Source of the DNA: Pachysolen tannophilus NRRL Y-2460
Taxonomy: Eukaryota
NCBI GenBank assembly: GCA_001661245.1
Contig: KV454013.1
Location: 1,582,502-1,646,501, forward strand
Direction: 5' to 3'
DNA length: 64,000 nucleotides
Under the pieces are notes generated by a model. That model searched no databases. It worked only from the letters and a program-made list of their open reading frames with translations, and was not told where the DNA came from. A program made the translations under genes and the position numbers. Shown here one piece after another: positions 8,409 through 19,768 of this stretch (positions within the stretch are counted from its first letter, which is position 1; each line of letters opens with the position of its first letter).

Positions 8409-11162
8409 ATGGCAGGGGCAGCTAGTGAGAATCCATTTGCTTTTGAAATAAACCCTCCAATACCAATGACAAGTACATCGAGATCATCTACTCCTTCGTT
8501 ACAATATTGCTCTAAAACGGTTGATGATGTTGTTAGTGAGTTAACTACTGATTTAAGTAAAGGATTGACCAACACACTGGATATTACTTATAGAAGGTCG
8601 ATTTATGGGATTAATGAGCTTACACATGATGATGATGAAAATTTAGTATTGAAATTTTTTGCAACTTTTTATGGTGATCCATTAATTTTATTATTGGTTG
8701 GATCTGCAGTGATAAGTTTTGTAATGGGTAATATTGATGATGCTATTAGTATTACAGTAGCGGTATTTATTGTTGTTACAGTTGGATTTGTTCAAGAATA
8801 TAGATCTGAAAAATCTTTGGACGCGTTAACAAAGTTGGTACCTGCTGAGGCTCATTTGACTAGAAATGGCTTAACAGAAACTGTTTTGGCTTCGATGTTA
8901 GTTCCAGGTGATTTGGTCCATTTTTCTGTTGGTGATAGAGTTCCAGCAGATGTTAGGTTAGTTGAGGCAGTTCATTTGGCTATTGATGAAAGTAATTTAA
9001 CAGGTGAATTGAATCCGGTTCATAAATCAGTTGAACCATTGGATGAAAATAAAGGAAATAGTATAAGTGATAGAGCTTCAATAGCTTTTATGGGGACTTT
9101 GGTTAGAGATGGCCATGGAACTGGTATCGTTATTGGAACTGGTCATAATACTGCATTTGGACAAGTTTTTGAAATGTTATCGGATATTGAAAAACCAAAA
9201 ACCCCATTACAACATTCTATGGATAAATTGGGTAAAGATTTATCATTATATAGTTTTGTTATCATTGGTATAATATGTCTTATTGGTGTCATTCAAGGTA
9301 GATCTTGGCTTGATATGTTTCAAATCTCCGTGTCTCTTGCAGTTGCAGCTATCCCAGAAGGTTTACCAATTATTGTCACAGTAACTTTAGCATTAGGTGT
9401 CTTAAGAATGGCTAAAAAAAGAGCTATTGTTAAGAGATTACCAAGTGTTGAAACTTTGGGTTCTGTTAATGTTATATGTTCTGATAAAACAGGTACTTTG
9501 ACTCAAAATCATATGACAGCTTCAAAATTATGGACACCTTCAATGAATGATAATTATTTAATTCTTGATAAAAATAGTACTCATAGTGGAGAATTAACAG
9601 CTGACATTAGAACAGTATTAGAAGTTGGTAATATTTGTAATAATGCAAGGTTTTCCACTGAAAAGGATAAATTTGTTGGTAACCCTACTGATATAGCATT
9701 AGTTGAAGCATTATCACAATTTCAATTAGAAGATATTAGAGGTACAAGACAAAGACTTAATGAATTACCTTTTAGTTCTACCAGAAAATATATGGCTGTT
9801 ACATCACATCAAGGAGATATTTCCAAATCTGAAGTGTTTGCTAAAGGAGCTGTGGAAAGAATTTTAAAACTTTCCAATACTTTTATTAATCAAAATGGAA
9901 CTACACAGAAATTAACTGAAGAAAATAGAAAATTTATAATTGAAATGTCAAACGTCTTGGCACTAGATGGATTACGTATCCTTGCTTTTGCTAAAGGTAA
10001 AGGATCTTTTGAAGATGGAGTAGAACCTTCAGGTTTATCATTCTGTGGGTTAATGGGTATCAGCGATCCTCCAAGACCATCAGTTAGCAAATCAATTGCT
10101 AAATTAATCAAAGGAGGTGTTCATGTCATTATGATTACAGGTGATTCAGAATCAACAGCGGTAAACATCGCCAAGAGTATTGGAATGCCAATTAATGATG
10201 TTTCAAAATCTGTCATGATTGGTGAAAAATTGGATCAAATGAGCGAAGAAGCTATTTCCGAGGCCATTCAATTTGTTAGTATATTTGCAAGAACTTCTCC
10301 TGAACATAAAGTGTCTATTGTTAAAGCATTACAAAGACGTGGTGATATAGTAGCAATGACTGGTGATGGTGTGAACGATGCACCTGCTTTAAAATTAGCA
10401 GATATTGGTATTTCTATGGGTAACATGGGTACTGATGTTGCAAAAGAAGCCGCAGATATGGTCTTAACAGATGATGATTTTTCGACAATATTGAGTGCTA
10501 TACAAGAGGGGAAAGGTATTTTCTATAATATCCAAAACTTTTTAACATTCCAATTATCCACATCAATTGCTGCTCTCTCATTGATTGCAATTAGTACTTT
10601 CTTAAAATTACCAAATCCACTTAATCCAATGCAAATTTTATGGATCAACATATTGATGGATGGTCCTCCTGCACAATCTTTAGGTGTGGAGCCAGTTGAT
10701 GAAGAAGTCATGAATAGACCTCCAAGATCACGCCAAGACAAAATCTTGACTTTAGCATTATTAAAAAGATGTGTAAGATCTGCATTGATTATAGTATTCG
10801 GTACCATTTTTTGTTATGTCAGAGAAATTAAAGACAATGTTATTACTTCGAGAGATACCACAATGACTTTTACATGTTTTGTCTTCTTTGATATGTTCAA
10901 CGCACTAACTTGCCGTAATAACACTAAATCCATTTTCTCGTTAGGTTTGGAAAACAGTTTTTTCAATTTGGCTGTTGGATGTAGTCTATTAGCACAAATG
11001 GCTGTTATTTATGTGGGGTTTTTGCAAAGAATTTTCCAAACAGAAGCATTGAGCTTCCATGATATTTTGTTTTTACTATGCATTAGTTCATCAGTTTTCT
11101 GGATTGATGAAGCTTTCAAATATTATAAAAGATATAACATGCAATTTCAATCTTCAGTTTAA
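8409..11162 (+). CDS. PMR1: Golgi Ca2+/Mn2+ P-type (P2A) ATPase
   Basis: DESNLTGE, IPEGLP, DKTGTLT, TGDGVNDAPAL, WINILMDGPPAQSLGVEP; first ATG at 8409 (MAGAASENPF). Confidence 0.96.
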   Translation: MAGAASENPFAFEINPPIPMTSTSRSSTPSLQYCSKTVDDVVSELTTDLSKGLTNTLDITYRRSIYGINELTHDDDENLVLKFFATFYGDPLILLLVGSAVISFVMGNIDDAISITVAVFIVVTVGFVQEYRSEKSLDALTKLVPAEAHLTRNGLTETVLASMLVPGDLVHFSVGDRVPADVRLVEAVHLAIDESNLTGELNPVHKSVEPLDENKGNSISDRASIAFMGTLVRDGHGTGIVIGTGHNTAFGQVFEMLSDIEKPKTPLQHSMDKLGKDLSLYSFVIIGIICLIGVIQGRSWLDMFQISVSLAVAAIPEGLPIIVTVTLALGVLRMAKKRAIVKRLPSVETLGSVNVICSDKTGTLTQNHMTASKLWTPSMNDNYLILDKNSTHSGELTADIRTVLEVGNICNNARFSTEKDKFVGNPTDIALVEALSQFQLEDIRGTRQRLNELPFSSTRKYMAVTSHQGDISKSEVFAKGAVERILKLSNTFINQNGTTQKLTEENRKFIIEMSNVLALDGLRILAFAKGKGSFEDGVEPSGLSFCGLMGISDPPRPSVSKSIAKLIKGGVHVIMITGDSESTAVNIAKSIGMPINDVSKSVMIGEKLDQMSEEAISEAIQFVSIFARTSPEHKVSIVKALQRRGDIVAMTGDGVNDAPALKLADIGISMGNMGTDVAKEAADMVLTDDDFSTILSAIQEGKGIFYNIQNFLTFQLSTSIAALSLIAISTFLKLPNPLNPMQILWINILMDGPPAQSLGVEPVDEEVMNRPPRSRQDKILTLALLKRCVRSALIIVFGTIFCYVREIKDNVITSRDTTMTFTCFVFFDMFNALTCRNNTKSIFSLGLENSFFNLAVGCSLLAQMAVIYVGFLQRIFQTEALSFHDILFLLCISSSVFWIDEAFKYYKRYNMQFQSSV

Positions 11163-11635
11163 AAGGTCTTTATATATGTGGTAATAGGCGATTTTGACTT
11201 ATTTTTAATTCCATCTTTCACATTCTTCTTTTTAATTTTTATTCCACTTTTTTTGTTTCAGCCTCTTCAAAGGTGAACTTATCCCCTCCTCCAACTGCTA
11301 TTTATATAGAGTCCATGCTACCTTTGTATATTTTTGTATATGTATAAAGTTTTTAAGAAGTTTCAAAAAAAAAAAAACCAAAGAAAAGGTATGCTACTCT
11401 TTTTCAATTATATCACCTGTAAGTATTCAATAATATATAACTTTATTCTTTAAATAGAAATGAAAGATTCAAACCAAAAACAGAAGTGAAAACATCAAAG
11501 TCAAAATCAAAAAATTTTTAACAATAAAAGAACTAAATATCAAACTCTCCTTCTCTCTCAAAAACATACTTCTTCTTCAACTATATATATATATATATAT
11601 ATTTAATTACATAATTGTGTATAATTCTCTTATAA

Positions 11636-14600
11636 CTAGTCACGAATGGCAATATCAGCTGCCTTTGAATCCATAAAATTATATTTCAAGACAATTTCAA
11701 TCAACCATGTAACACCTAAATCCAATAATAAACATGAAGTCAACTTGACTTTGAATTCAGTGTCCATTGGAACCAATTTCATTGCTTCATTCAATCCAGG
11801 CATAAATTCAGTAGAACCCGCAAAGGCTAACAGAGCAACACTTGTTAATCCATAGTACATACCTTTGTTGTCCATGATGCTTTCTCTAAAAGGTAAACCT
11901 TGATAATTAACTGCAAATGTAGATACTTGTTGTGCTAACTGCAATAAAAAGATTGCTGTGTTCAATAAAGAAGGCAGAAACTCTTTTTCCAAATCTAATT
12001 GTGGTTCTCTTGGTTCTAACATGTAAACTTCTTTAGTGATATAAACCAATGTAACGATATGAACAGCAAATTGTCCCAAAATTGAACCCATGATGTATAT
12101 ATTGAAAATTCCAGGTTGTGGTCTCTGTTTGGACAATTTTTCAATTGGTCTACCACGGGAAATCGACAAGAAACAAATACTCAACAAAATACCACTTACT
12201 GTGGCCTGGCCGTCTCCAAACTTAATACCTGCTAAGTACAATACTGATAAAGAATATGCAGAAATCAAACAGTTCAAAGCTAAAATCTTATACATTTGGA
12301 TGGTACTGACTAAAGCACAACGACCTTGTCTAATAACATGAGTAACTGCAGAAACGTCAGCTAACTTAGAAGTAAAAGGCGCAGCAACAGAAGCATCACC
12401 TAATTTTAAAGCAGGAGCCTCGTTATCATCTTCGACTTCATTCAATGAGCCCATTAACTTCAGTGCCAAATCATTAGCTCCTTGTTGTCCATTTGGATTA
12501 TTAGAGGTAGCTGTATAGTTAGCAATAGCAACAGCCTTTTTCATATCTTCGGTTACAGTCAACCCTTGCTTTTCCATTGCCTTTAAGTAGTGAGGGTTTG
12601 AAGGACCAGGAGGATAGAGATGAGCAATGGCCAGTGGAACTTTTGGTTCTGGTTGGTTCCATCTCTTCATCATATCACACTGCTTGTTATATACTGAAAC
12701 AAGGCTGTCAATTTTTCTTTGTTCTTGTAACTTCTTTAATCCATCTTGTGTTCCGTTCAACAAAGCAATACCGACATGTGCCTGTTTTAAAGCACCAACA
12801 TCATTTGTACCATCACCACACATTAATGTTCTATATCCAAGGTCCTTCAACGAATTCAAGATAAATTCTTTTTGTGCTGGAGAGACTCTAGCATAGATCC
12901 AAGTATATCTGATCAACTGTAAGATTTGGTCATGGTTCATCAATTTAGCTAATGCATAACCTGTAATACAAATATCATACTTGTGGAAAAATGACTTTTG
13001 GATGGTATCTTTAGAAGAATCAAATGGGATTATGGTAGTTTCTTCGACATTTCTCCAAACCAAATCATGCTCGAAACCATGATGTTCTTCTGGGAGATCT
13101 AATATCAAAACCTCTTTATCAACAATTGCGACTTCTTTAGCAACATGAACGGCAGTTAAAGGATTGTCACCAGTAATCATAATACAACGATGAGAAGATT
13201 CATTAAGCATTTTCACGGTTTCAACAGCATCTTTTTTCAATGGACAGTGGAAAATCATGAATCCACCAAAGATCAAATTACTTTCAACTTCTTCTCTGGT
13301 AATCTTGTTAACTCTTGAAGGAGAAATATTATTTTCCAAATATTTGTAAGCTAAGGCCAAGACTCTTGATCCGGATCTTGTGAAAGATTTAAAACAATCT
13401 TCATAGTTTTCAGGGATATTATCTAACATTGATTTAATGGTCTCAGGAGCACCTTTGACTGCTACTAAAGTTTTACCATTATGTGTGGCGATTGAACTAG
13501 ATCTTTTCAAAGCAGAACTGAATTGAAATCTTCTCAAAATCTTAATTTTTTCTTCCTTCTTACCTACTGTTCTAATAACAGTATCCTTTTCAGAAACGTT
13601 CCAACGAGCTGCTTTTAAAGTTGCCTTTTCCATTGGATCACCAACAACTTGGCCATCATCTAATTTTACCAAAGCATGACAGGCTCCCAAAATGTAATTA
13701 GACTCCTGTGGAGCCAGCTCACAGGATGTTAAACTTCTAATATCAGAGTGATCAAATCCGGCCAAACCTTCGAAAACCAAATCTTCTCCGGTTAAAGTAC
13801 CAGTTTTATCGAAACAACAAACATCGATTCTACCAGCAAACGGGATCCTGAAGGGTTCAGTACAATAAATGTAGTGCTTACTCAAAGCAGCCAATGACGA
13901 GTTAACTGCCATTGTCAATTCCATTGGTAATTCTGGAGGTACAACAGAGGTCAATATGATAATACAATCAAGAATCAACTTTGATTGAATTCTACCCATC
14001 TTTGAACCTTCAACCCAAACGTACCAGGATGCAACAATGGCGAAAACCAATAAGAATAAGAGGAAAAACATTGCTTCTTTATTCCCAACATTGACTCTTT
14101 CACTTGAATAGATCATTACACGAACCAAAGAACCTTGTGAGGTTTCAAAACCAGTCTTTGTGATGATTGCCAAAGCCCCATTATCTGGAGCCAACGGAAT
14201 TGAAGGGTCAGAAGGAGGAGAAACTTTCAAGCACATAGTACCACCATGTAAGACAGAATTTTTATCTAAACCATCAGGTTGAAATTCATCTTCACCTGGT
14301 CTTAATTTGATCGATTCCTTCAATAAAGGTGTTGATTCACCAGACAACATTGCTTCATTGACAATACAATCACCATCGACTAATAATAAATCACAAGGTA
14401 ATGCTGACTCTTCTTTTGTTCTAGTAATTGATACGAGATCACCAGGTAAGAGTTCATCAGAAGAAATTTGAAACCATTGAGAATCACGATAAACATACAT
14501 GTCATATGGTTTAATACCCATACTTTGGAATTCAGTCATTGTAGACCTACGTTGCCAAACAGTAGTACATTCAAATGAAATCAACATAAACAGAGTGAAA

Positions 14601-15277
14601 AGTGAATAGTACCAAAATTCGTCCATACACCATAATGCCACTGAAAAAAGCTGGAAAACGAAAAAAGGTGCTACAGCATGTTCTTTAAATAATTCCAAAA
14701 AAGTTGGAATTGGAATATCAAACTTATTCTTACCATAAGTTCTTTGTAATTGTAAAATTTCTTGATGATTACTTGAAGAAAGTCCTTTTGAATTTTGGAA
14801 AACTTTCAACTTTGGTTTTTTATCAACGGTGAAAACTGGTGGTGAAAATACTCCTTCCTCTGAATCCCACAAATGTCTTCTCTTTTGGTAAACAAATGAA
14901 ACTTGTTTCACACCACCTTCAAATGAAAATCTATTAATTTCAACAATTGCACCAACACCTGAATTTGGTGCAGGTGTTATCTTGATATGTGTTGCCTCAT
15001 CAATTGAATTAACCTTGATATAGTTGAACTTTGCATCTATATTAATATTCCAATGAGGCATCAACCACGTTAAAGCATGACATGAAAACAAAGCACACAA
15101 GTAAACAAATGTCCATTCTTTACCAACAATATATTGTTCATAATGAGTTGTATAAATTCTTAAAAAAACAGCATAAATGAAAATCCACGGCGCAACATAA
15201 TACCTCGAAATCAACGACTTAGGTATCAATAACTCAGCACCTTGAATGGTTGGATTATTGATAAACTCAGATACCAT
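11636..15277 (-). CDS. SPF1: ER P5A-type ATPase
   Basis: PPELPMEL, FDKTGTLT, CGDGTNDVGALKQAHVG, LKLGDASVAAPFTSK; first ATG at 15277. Confidence 0.96.
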   Translation of the reverse strand: MVSEFINNPTIQGAELLIPKSLISRYYVAPWIFIYAVFLRIYTTHYEQYIVGKEWTFVYLCALFSCHALTWLMPHWNINIDAKFNYIKVNSIDEATHIKITPAPNSGVGAIVEINRFSFEGGVKQVSFVYQKRRHLWDSEEGVFSPPVFTVDKKPKLKVFQNSKGLSSSNHQEILQLQRTYGKNKFDIPIPTFLELFKEHAVAPFFVFQLFSVALWCMDEFWYYSLFTLFMLISFECTTVWQRRSTMTEFQSMGIKPYDMYVYRDSQWFQISSDELLPGDLVSITRTKEESALPCDLLLVDGDCIVNEAMLSGESTPLLKESIKLRPGEDEFQPDGLDKNSVLHGGTMCLKVSPPSDPSIPLAPDNGALAIITKTGFETSQGSLVRVMIYSSERVNVGNKEAMFFLLFLLVFAIVASWYVWVEGSKMGRIQSKLILDCIIILTSVVPPELPMELTMAVNSSLAALSKHYIYCTEPFRIPFAGRIDVCCFDKTGTLTGEDLVFEGLAGFDHSDIRSLTSCELAPQESNYILGACHALVKLDDGQVVGDPMEKATLKAARWNVSEKDTVIRTVGKKEEKIKILRRFQFSSALKRSSSIATHNGKTLVAVKGAPETIKSMLDNIPENYEDCFKSFTRSGSRVLALAYKYLENNISPSRVNKITREEVESNLIFGGFMIFHCPLKKDAVETVKMLNESSHRCIMITGDNPLTAVHVAKEVAIVDKEVLILDLPEEHHGFEHDLVWRNVEETTIIPFDSSKDTIQKSFFHKYDICITGYALAKLMNHDQILQLIRYTWIYARVSPAQKEFILNSLKDLGYRTLMCGDGTNDVGALKQAHVGIALLNGTQDGLKKLQEQRKIDSLVSVYNKQCDMMKRWNQPEPKVPLAIAHLYPPGPSNPHYLKAMEKQGLTVTEDMKKAVAIANYTATSNNPNGQQGANDLALKLMGSLNEVEDDNEAPALKLGDASVAAPFTSKLADVSAVTHVIRQGRCALVSTIQMYKILALNCLISAYSLSVLYLAGIKFGDGQATVSGILLSICFLSISRGRPIEKLSKQRPQPGIFNIYIMGSILGQFAVHIVTLVYITKEVYMLEPREPQLDLEKEFLPSLLNTAIFLLQLAQQVSTFAVNYQGLPFRESIMDNKGMYYGLTSVALLAFAGSTEFMPGLNEAMKLVPMDTEFKVKLTSCLLLDLGVTWLIEIVLKYNFMDSKAADIAIRD

Positions 15278-15647
15278 ACTCAATCGATAGATCAAAATGG
15301 TTTAATATCTATTAACTGATATTAAATAAATAATATATTAAAAGTGTTTTAGCTTTCTACACATATTTACAATTAAAATACACCTTTTTTTTTGCCCATT
15401 CTATTTATTATGAAGTCGTTGAAAAATTTTATTTTTAAATTTTTTTTAAAAATATTTTTTTCTTCTTTTTTTGGCCGCGCTCCCGGCAAAACAGGCGGAG
15501 ACGTGTAAATATTTAGGCGGGACACTGGGCTGGGCGGGCAGTACAACTGGTGGCAATACAATTGGAGGCAATACAACTAGCTGTGATACAGCTGGTGGTG
15601 GGAACACTGATGGCGATACAGCTGGATGTGTAGATGTAGGTGAAAAA

Positions 15648-16847
15648 CTAGGCAAAAGAGTCTTCTGTGTGATTGCCGACTATGGTTTCTGAGGCGGCTT
15701 TGGACAATCTATTCATGACGGCTAAACCTTCATCGTTGACTGGAATTGCTTCTACAAATATGTAATCGACTTTGTCCTGTTCATCAACTTCTCTTAATAG
15801 TTTAAACAAGTTTGTGCTTACTTGAGCAGGTGTAGAACCAAGATTTTTAACTATGATATTTTCTTTATTTGAGAAATTTTTAAATTTAAAACTTTTCAAA
15901 ATTGCAATTTTGCTATTTTGTAAATTATTATTTTTAATATAATTTTCAATTTCTTTAATTCCATCTCCACATTTTTCAAATAATACAACTTTTGCAGTAG
16001 GAGAATAATGTTTGTACTTCATTCCAGGGGTTCTAACTGGTTCTGATTTACCTGCCGTCTTGGTAGCAATGACTATATTTTGCCATTTTAAACCACCATA
16101 TTTTTTAATTTCTTCTAAAGAAACACCTCCAGGTCTTAATAACATAGGAGGATCACATAAACCATCAATTACAGTACTCTCAACACCAACGGTACAAGGT
16201 CCACCATCTAAAATTATAGGGATTTTCCCATGTAAGTCATGATAAACATGTTGTGCAGTTGTTGGTGAAGGTCTTGTAGACAGGTTTGCTGATGGAGCGG
16301 CAATTGGAGTATCACTAATAGCAATCAACAGTCTTGCAATGGGATGAGATGGCATTCTTACTGCAAATGTAGGTTGATTTGCAGTTGTTAATTTTGAAAT
16401 TGGACAATTTTCCAGAACTGGTAATAAGATACTTAATGGTCCTGGCCAAAATTTTTCAATTAATGGTTTATAAATATCAGGGATAACTTCATTATCACCT
16501 AATATTTTCCTTTTGAGTTGATTTATAGATGAGATATGAGTTATAAGTGGGTTATCTGCTGGTCTATTTTTCGCTTTATATATTGATTTGACACTTTCAT
16601 CATTTAACGAAGACCCACCAAGACCATAAACCGTTTCTGTTGGGAAACCAACAACTTCATTTGTATCTTGTAAAATCTTAGCAGCCTCTTTTAAATTCTC
16701 CAAAGTTTCTTTATCAGTTATTTCAGGCAAATCCTGACCTGGTTTGAAAAAAATTGATTCTTTATTAACTTGTAGCACTTTTGTATTAAAACTAGAATTT
16801 AAATATGAATTTGAACTTGGAAATGCAGATGCAGCTGCAGATGACAT
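15648..16847 (-). CDS. SUA5: Threonylcarbamoyl-AMP synthase (t6A biosynthesis)
   Basis: [35 protein letters not shown]; first ATG at 16847, with an open in-frame upstream extension. Confidence 0.95.
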   Translation of the reverse strand: MSSAAASAFPSSNSYLNSSFNTKVLQVNKESIFFKPGQDLPEITDKETLENLKEAAKILQDTNEVVGFPTETVYGLGGSSLNDESVKSIYKAKNRPADNPLITHISSINQLKRKILGDNEVIPDIYKPLIEKFWPGPLSILLPVLENCPISKLTTANQPTFAVRMPSHPIARLLIAISDTPIAAPSANLSTRPSPTTAQHVYHDLHGKIPIILDGGPCTVGVESTVIDGLCDPPMLLRPGGVSLEEIKKYGGLKWQNIVIATKTAGKSEPVRTPGMKYKHYSPTAKVVLFEKCGDGIKEIENYIKNNNLQNSKIAILKSFKFKNFSNKENIIVKNLGSTPAQVSTNLFKLLREVDEQDKVDYIFVEAIPVNDEGLAVMNRLSKAASETIVGNHTEDSFA

Positions 16848-17597
16848 CTTTGCCAATAATTCAATTTTTTTAAATCGGAATCCAACAAGTTCTAATGATG
16901 ATAAAGCTACCACCAGCTTTTCTTTTGATCTGAACCTAAGATGAGTAATCGTTTTCGAAATTTTTAAAGAATCAGAAAAATATAATCTTTAGTATGATGA
17001 TATTAATTGAATTTATTTTTTTGAAAAGTTTTTTAAACCTATTTTCAATTGGGATGGTACTGGATCATTAGTGTTTGAAAGATAAAACTGGCGGGCGGGC
17101 TGCCGGCTGAACAGGCGGGTAAACTGGGCGGGGCCGCTGCCCTTTACAACAAGCCAGAAAGTGCGATCAATCCAGCCACAATCTAGCCCCAGTATGCTTA
17201 TAAAAAAAAAAAAAATCCTACACCACTTACACCACTTACACCACTTGTGTCTTAGCTTCTGACACGGGCTGTCGGAGTTTAAAGACATTTCTTCTCCATC
17301 TCCATTGGGATTTCCGGAAACAATTTTTTAATTTTTAATTTTTTATTTAATTTTTCTTCCGCTCTTTTTTTTCTCTTCTCCTCCTCCTCCTCCTTCTCCC
17401 ACTATTGACACGTAAAACGGCTTATTCTTTTTTTTTTTCTTTCCGTTTTCTTCAATTTTTGGATTTTTTTCTTTACGTTTTTGAAGTTGAACAGCAAAAT
17501 TCGTTGGCAGATAAAACAATTTTAATGAACTTTCCCTTTGGGTAAAGGTAAAAATTCCAGTTTAATAATAAAATAAATAGTATATTAAAATAATTAA

Positions 17598-17631
<34 letters not shown>

Positions 17632-17894
17632 GTATCAATCTAATTGAAAATATTGAATTGCATATTGCTGCTTTGTTTTAAACGATTTGATCATTTTTAG
17701 CATAGTTTTGGAAAAAGTAGCAGAAAGGAAAAAAAAAATAAAAATTGAATTTTACTAATATTTTAAATATATATATATATATATTTATATATTACAGCAA
17801 ATTGAATTAATTAATCAATCAATCAATAGTTAAATATTTTTTTTATTATTTTTAATATTTTTAATATTAGAGAAAAGAAAATTATTTCATCATA

Positions 17895-18200
17895 ATGGCT
17901 GCCAGAGCTCCTTCTAGATCATATGATATGATCATGAAACTTTTATTGGTTGGTGATTCAGGTATGTATAATTAATTATATTTAGTTGGCTTGAACTGAA
18001 TTAAAAATTTAAAATATGAATATTTTTTTTGTTTTTTATATGTATACTAATTAATTTTTAATTATTAAAAAAAATTTTTTTATTTTTATTTTCTTTAGGT
18101 GTTGGTAAATCATGTTTATTATTGAGGTTTGTTGAAGATAAGTTTAATCCATCTTTTATTACAACAATTGGTATAGATTTCAAGATTAGAACAATTGAAA
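17895..18200 (+). CDS. SEC4: Rab GTPase Sec4, partial: exon 1 17895-17961, exon 2 from 18099 into the N-gap
   Basis: Spliced reading [56 protein letters not shown]; the remaining ~150 codons would fit in the 494-N gap. Confidence 0.92.
17962..18098 (+). other. SEC4: Spliceosomal intron in SEC4
   Basis: GTATGT donor at 17962, TACTAAT branch at 18045, TTTAG acceptor ending 18098; splicing restores GDSGVGKS. Confidence 0.93.
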
Positions 18201-19594
18201 NNNNNNNNNNNNNNNNNNNNNNNNNNNNNNNNNNNNNNNNNNNNNNNNNNNNNNNNNNNNNNNNNNNNNNNNNNNNNNNNNNNNNNNNNNNNNNNNNNNN
18301 NNNNNNNNNNNNNNNNNNNNNNNNNNNNNNNNNNNNNNNNNNNNNNNNNNNNNNNNNNNNNNNNNNNNNNNNNNNNNNNNNNNNNNNNNNNNNNNNNNNN
18401 NNNNNNNNNNNNNNNNNNNNNNNNNNNNNNNNNNNNNNNNNNNNNNNNNNNNNNNNNNNNNNNNNNNNNNNNNNNNNNNNNNNNNNNNNNNNNNNNNNNN
18501 NNNNNNNNNNNNNNNNNNNNNNNNNNNNNNNNNNNNNNNNNNNNNNNNNNNNNNNNNNNNNNNNNNNNNNNNNNNNNNNNNNNNNNNNNNNNNNNNNNNN
18601 NNNNNNNNNNNNNNNNNNNNNNNNNNNNNNNNNNNNNNNNNNNNNNNNNNNNNNNNNNNNNNNNNNNNNNNNNNNNNNNNNNNNNNNNNNNNNNCTATTC
18701 TTTCCTTCTTCTCTTTTCTTTTTTTTTTTTTTTTTTTTAATATTATTATTCTTTTCTTTTTCGTTTTTTTCGTTTTTTGTTTTTATGTTTTGTTAATAAC
18801 CAATTTTTTATATTATTATTATTATTATTTTTATTATTTTTTAACTATTATATAGTATATTACTATAGTTTTGTTCTTGATAATATTTCTTACTAAGTAA
18901 TTTTTTTCTTTTTTTTTTCTTTTATTTTGATCTTGAATAGTTGGTAGGATATAGAAAGCTTTTATTTTTTTTTATTCTTTTTGTATTTCTTTCTTTAAAA
19001 AAAAAGTTGAGGCAGAAGAGTAATCTATACATATGTGAATGTTAGCAGCATGGTTTTACCCAAGCGTCCATTAGTCAATGACCGTTCGCAGTGTTCAGGA
19101 ATATGCTGCAACGGAGCCCCTCCTATTTTCTTGAAGAAAGAAAATAGAATAAACTTGGTCGAACTACAATCATTAAAACAGAAGAAGAGAAAAAAAAAAT
19201 TTTTCTTTCTTTATTCTTCAACCATAAAAATGAGAATTCAAAACCAATAAAGGCTCCGCATTATTTTACAATCTGTCGACGGAGCTTAACTCTGCCACAT
19301 AACTTCTCCTCCGTAAAGAAGAAAAGCATCGTTTTCCTACTTTCCTACCGCTCAAACCGTTTTCAATTTCTTTAAAAAAAAAAAAAAAAAACAAGGACCA
19401 GTAGTACTTATATGAGGAAAATCGTTAATGGCTTGCTTCACGAGCGCCGATCTGCCATAGAAACCTAACAAATCTAATATCATCCAACGAGTGAATGATA
19501 TTAGCATATTCTTCCCATAGCACAGATTGATGATTTTTTTAAAAAAGAAAAAGAAAAAAGAAAAGAAGAATTGGGAAACTAAATACATTTATAG

Positions 19595-19701
19595 TGAAAA
19601 ATTTTATGTATTTTCGTTAATTGTACAGAAGAGGGTAAATTTTTCAAAAAGTGCAAAAAAGTGAAAAAAAAAAAACAGAAAAAATTTAAGTTCACGATGA
19701 G
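19595..19701 (+). promoter_or_regulatory. RRPE + PAC ribosome-biogenesis elements upstream of BMT6
   Basis: TGAAAAATTTT at 19595 and GATGAG at 19696. Confidence 0.7.
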
Positions 19702-19768
19702 GTATTAAAGATTACATAGCTGTAATGGTATGAGATTAAGATTAAGATTAGCAGAGTATTGAGGTTGG

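Noticed and set aside
17753..17797. Possible additional 5'-UTR intron of SEC4 (TACTAAT...CAG)
   Set aside because: No convincing upstream donor site.
19041..19112. Possible ncRNA hairpin (gcagcat...atgctgc) near CGGAG repeats
   Set aside because: Short stem, no convincing snoRNA boxes.
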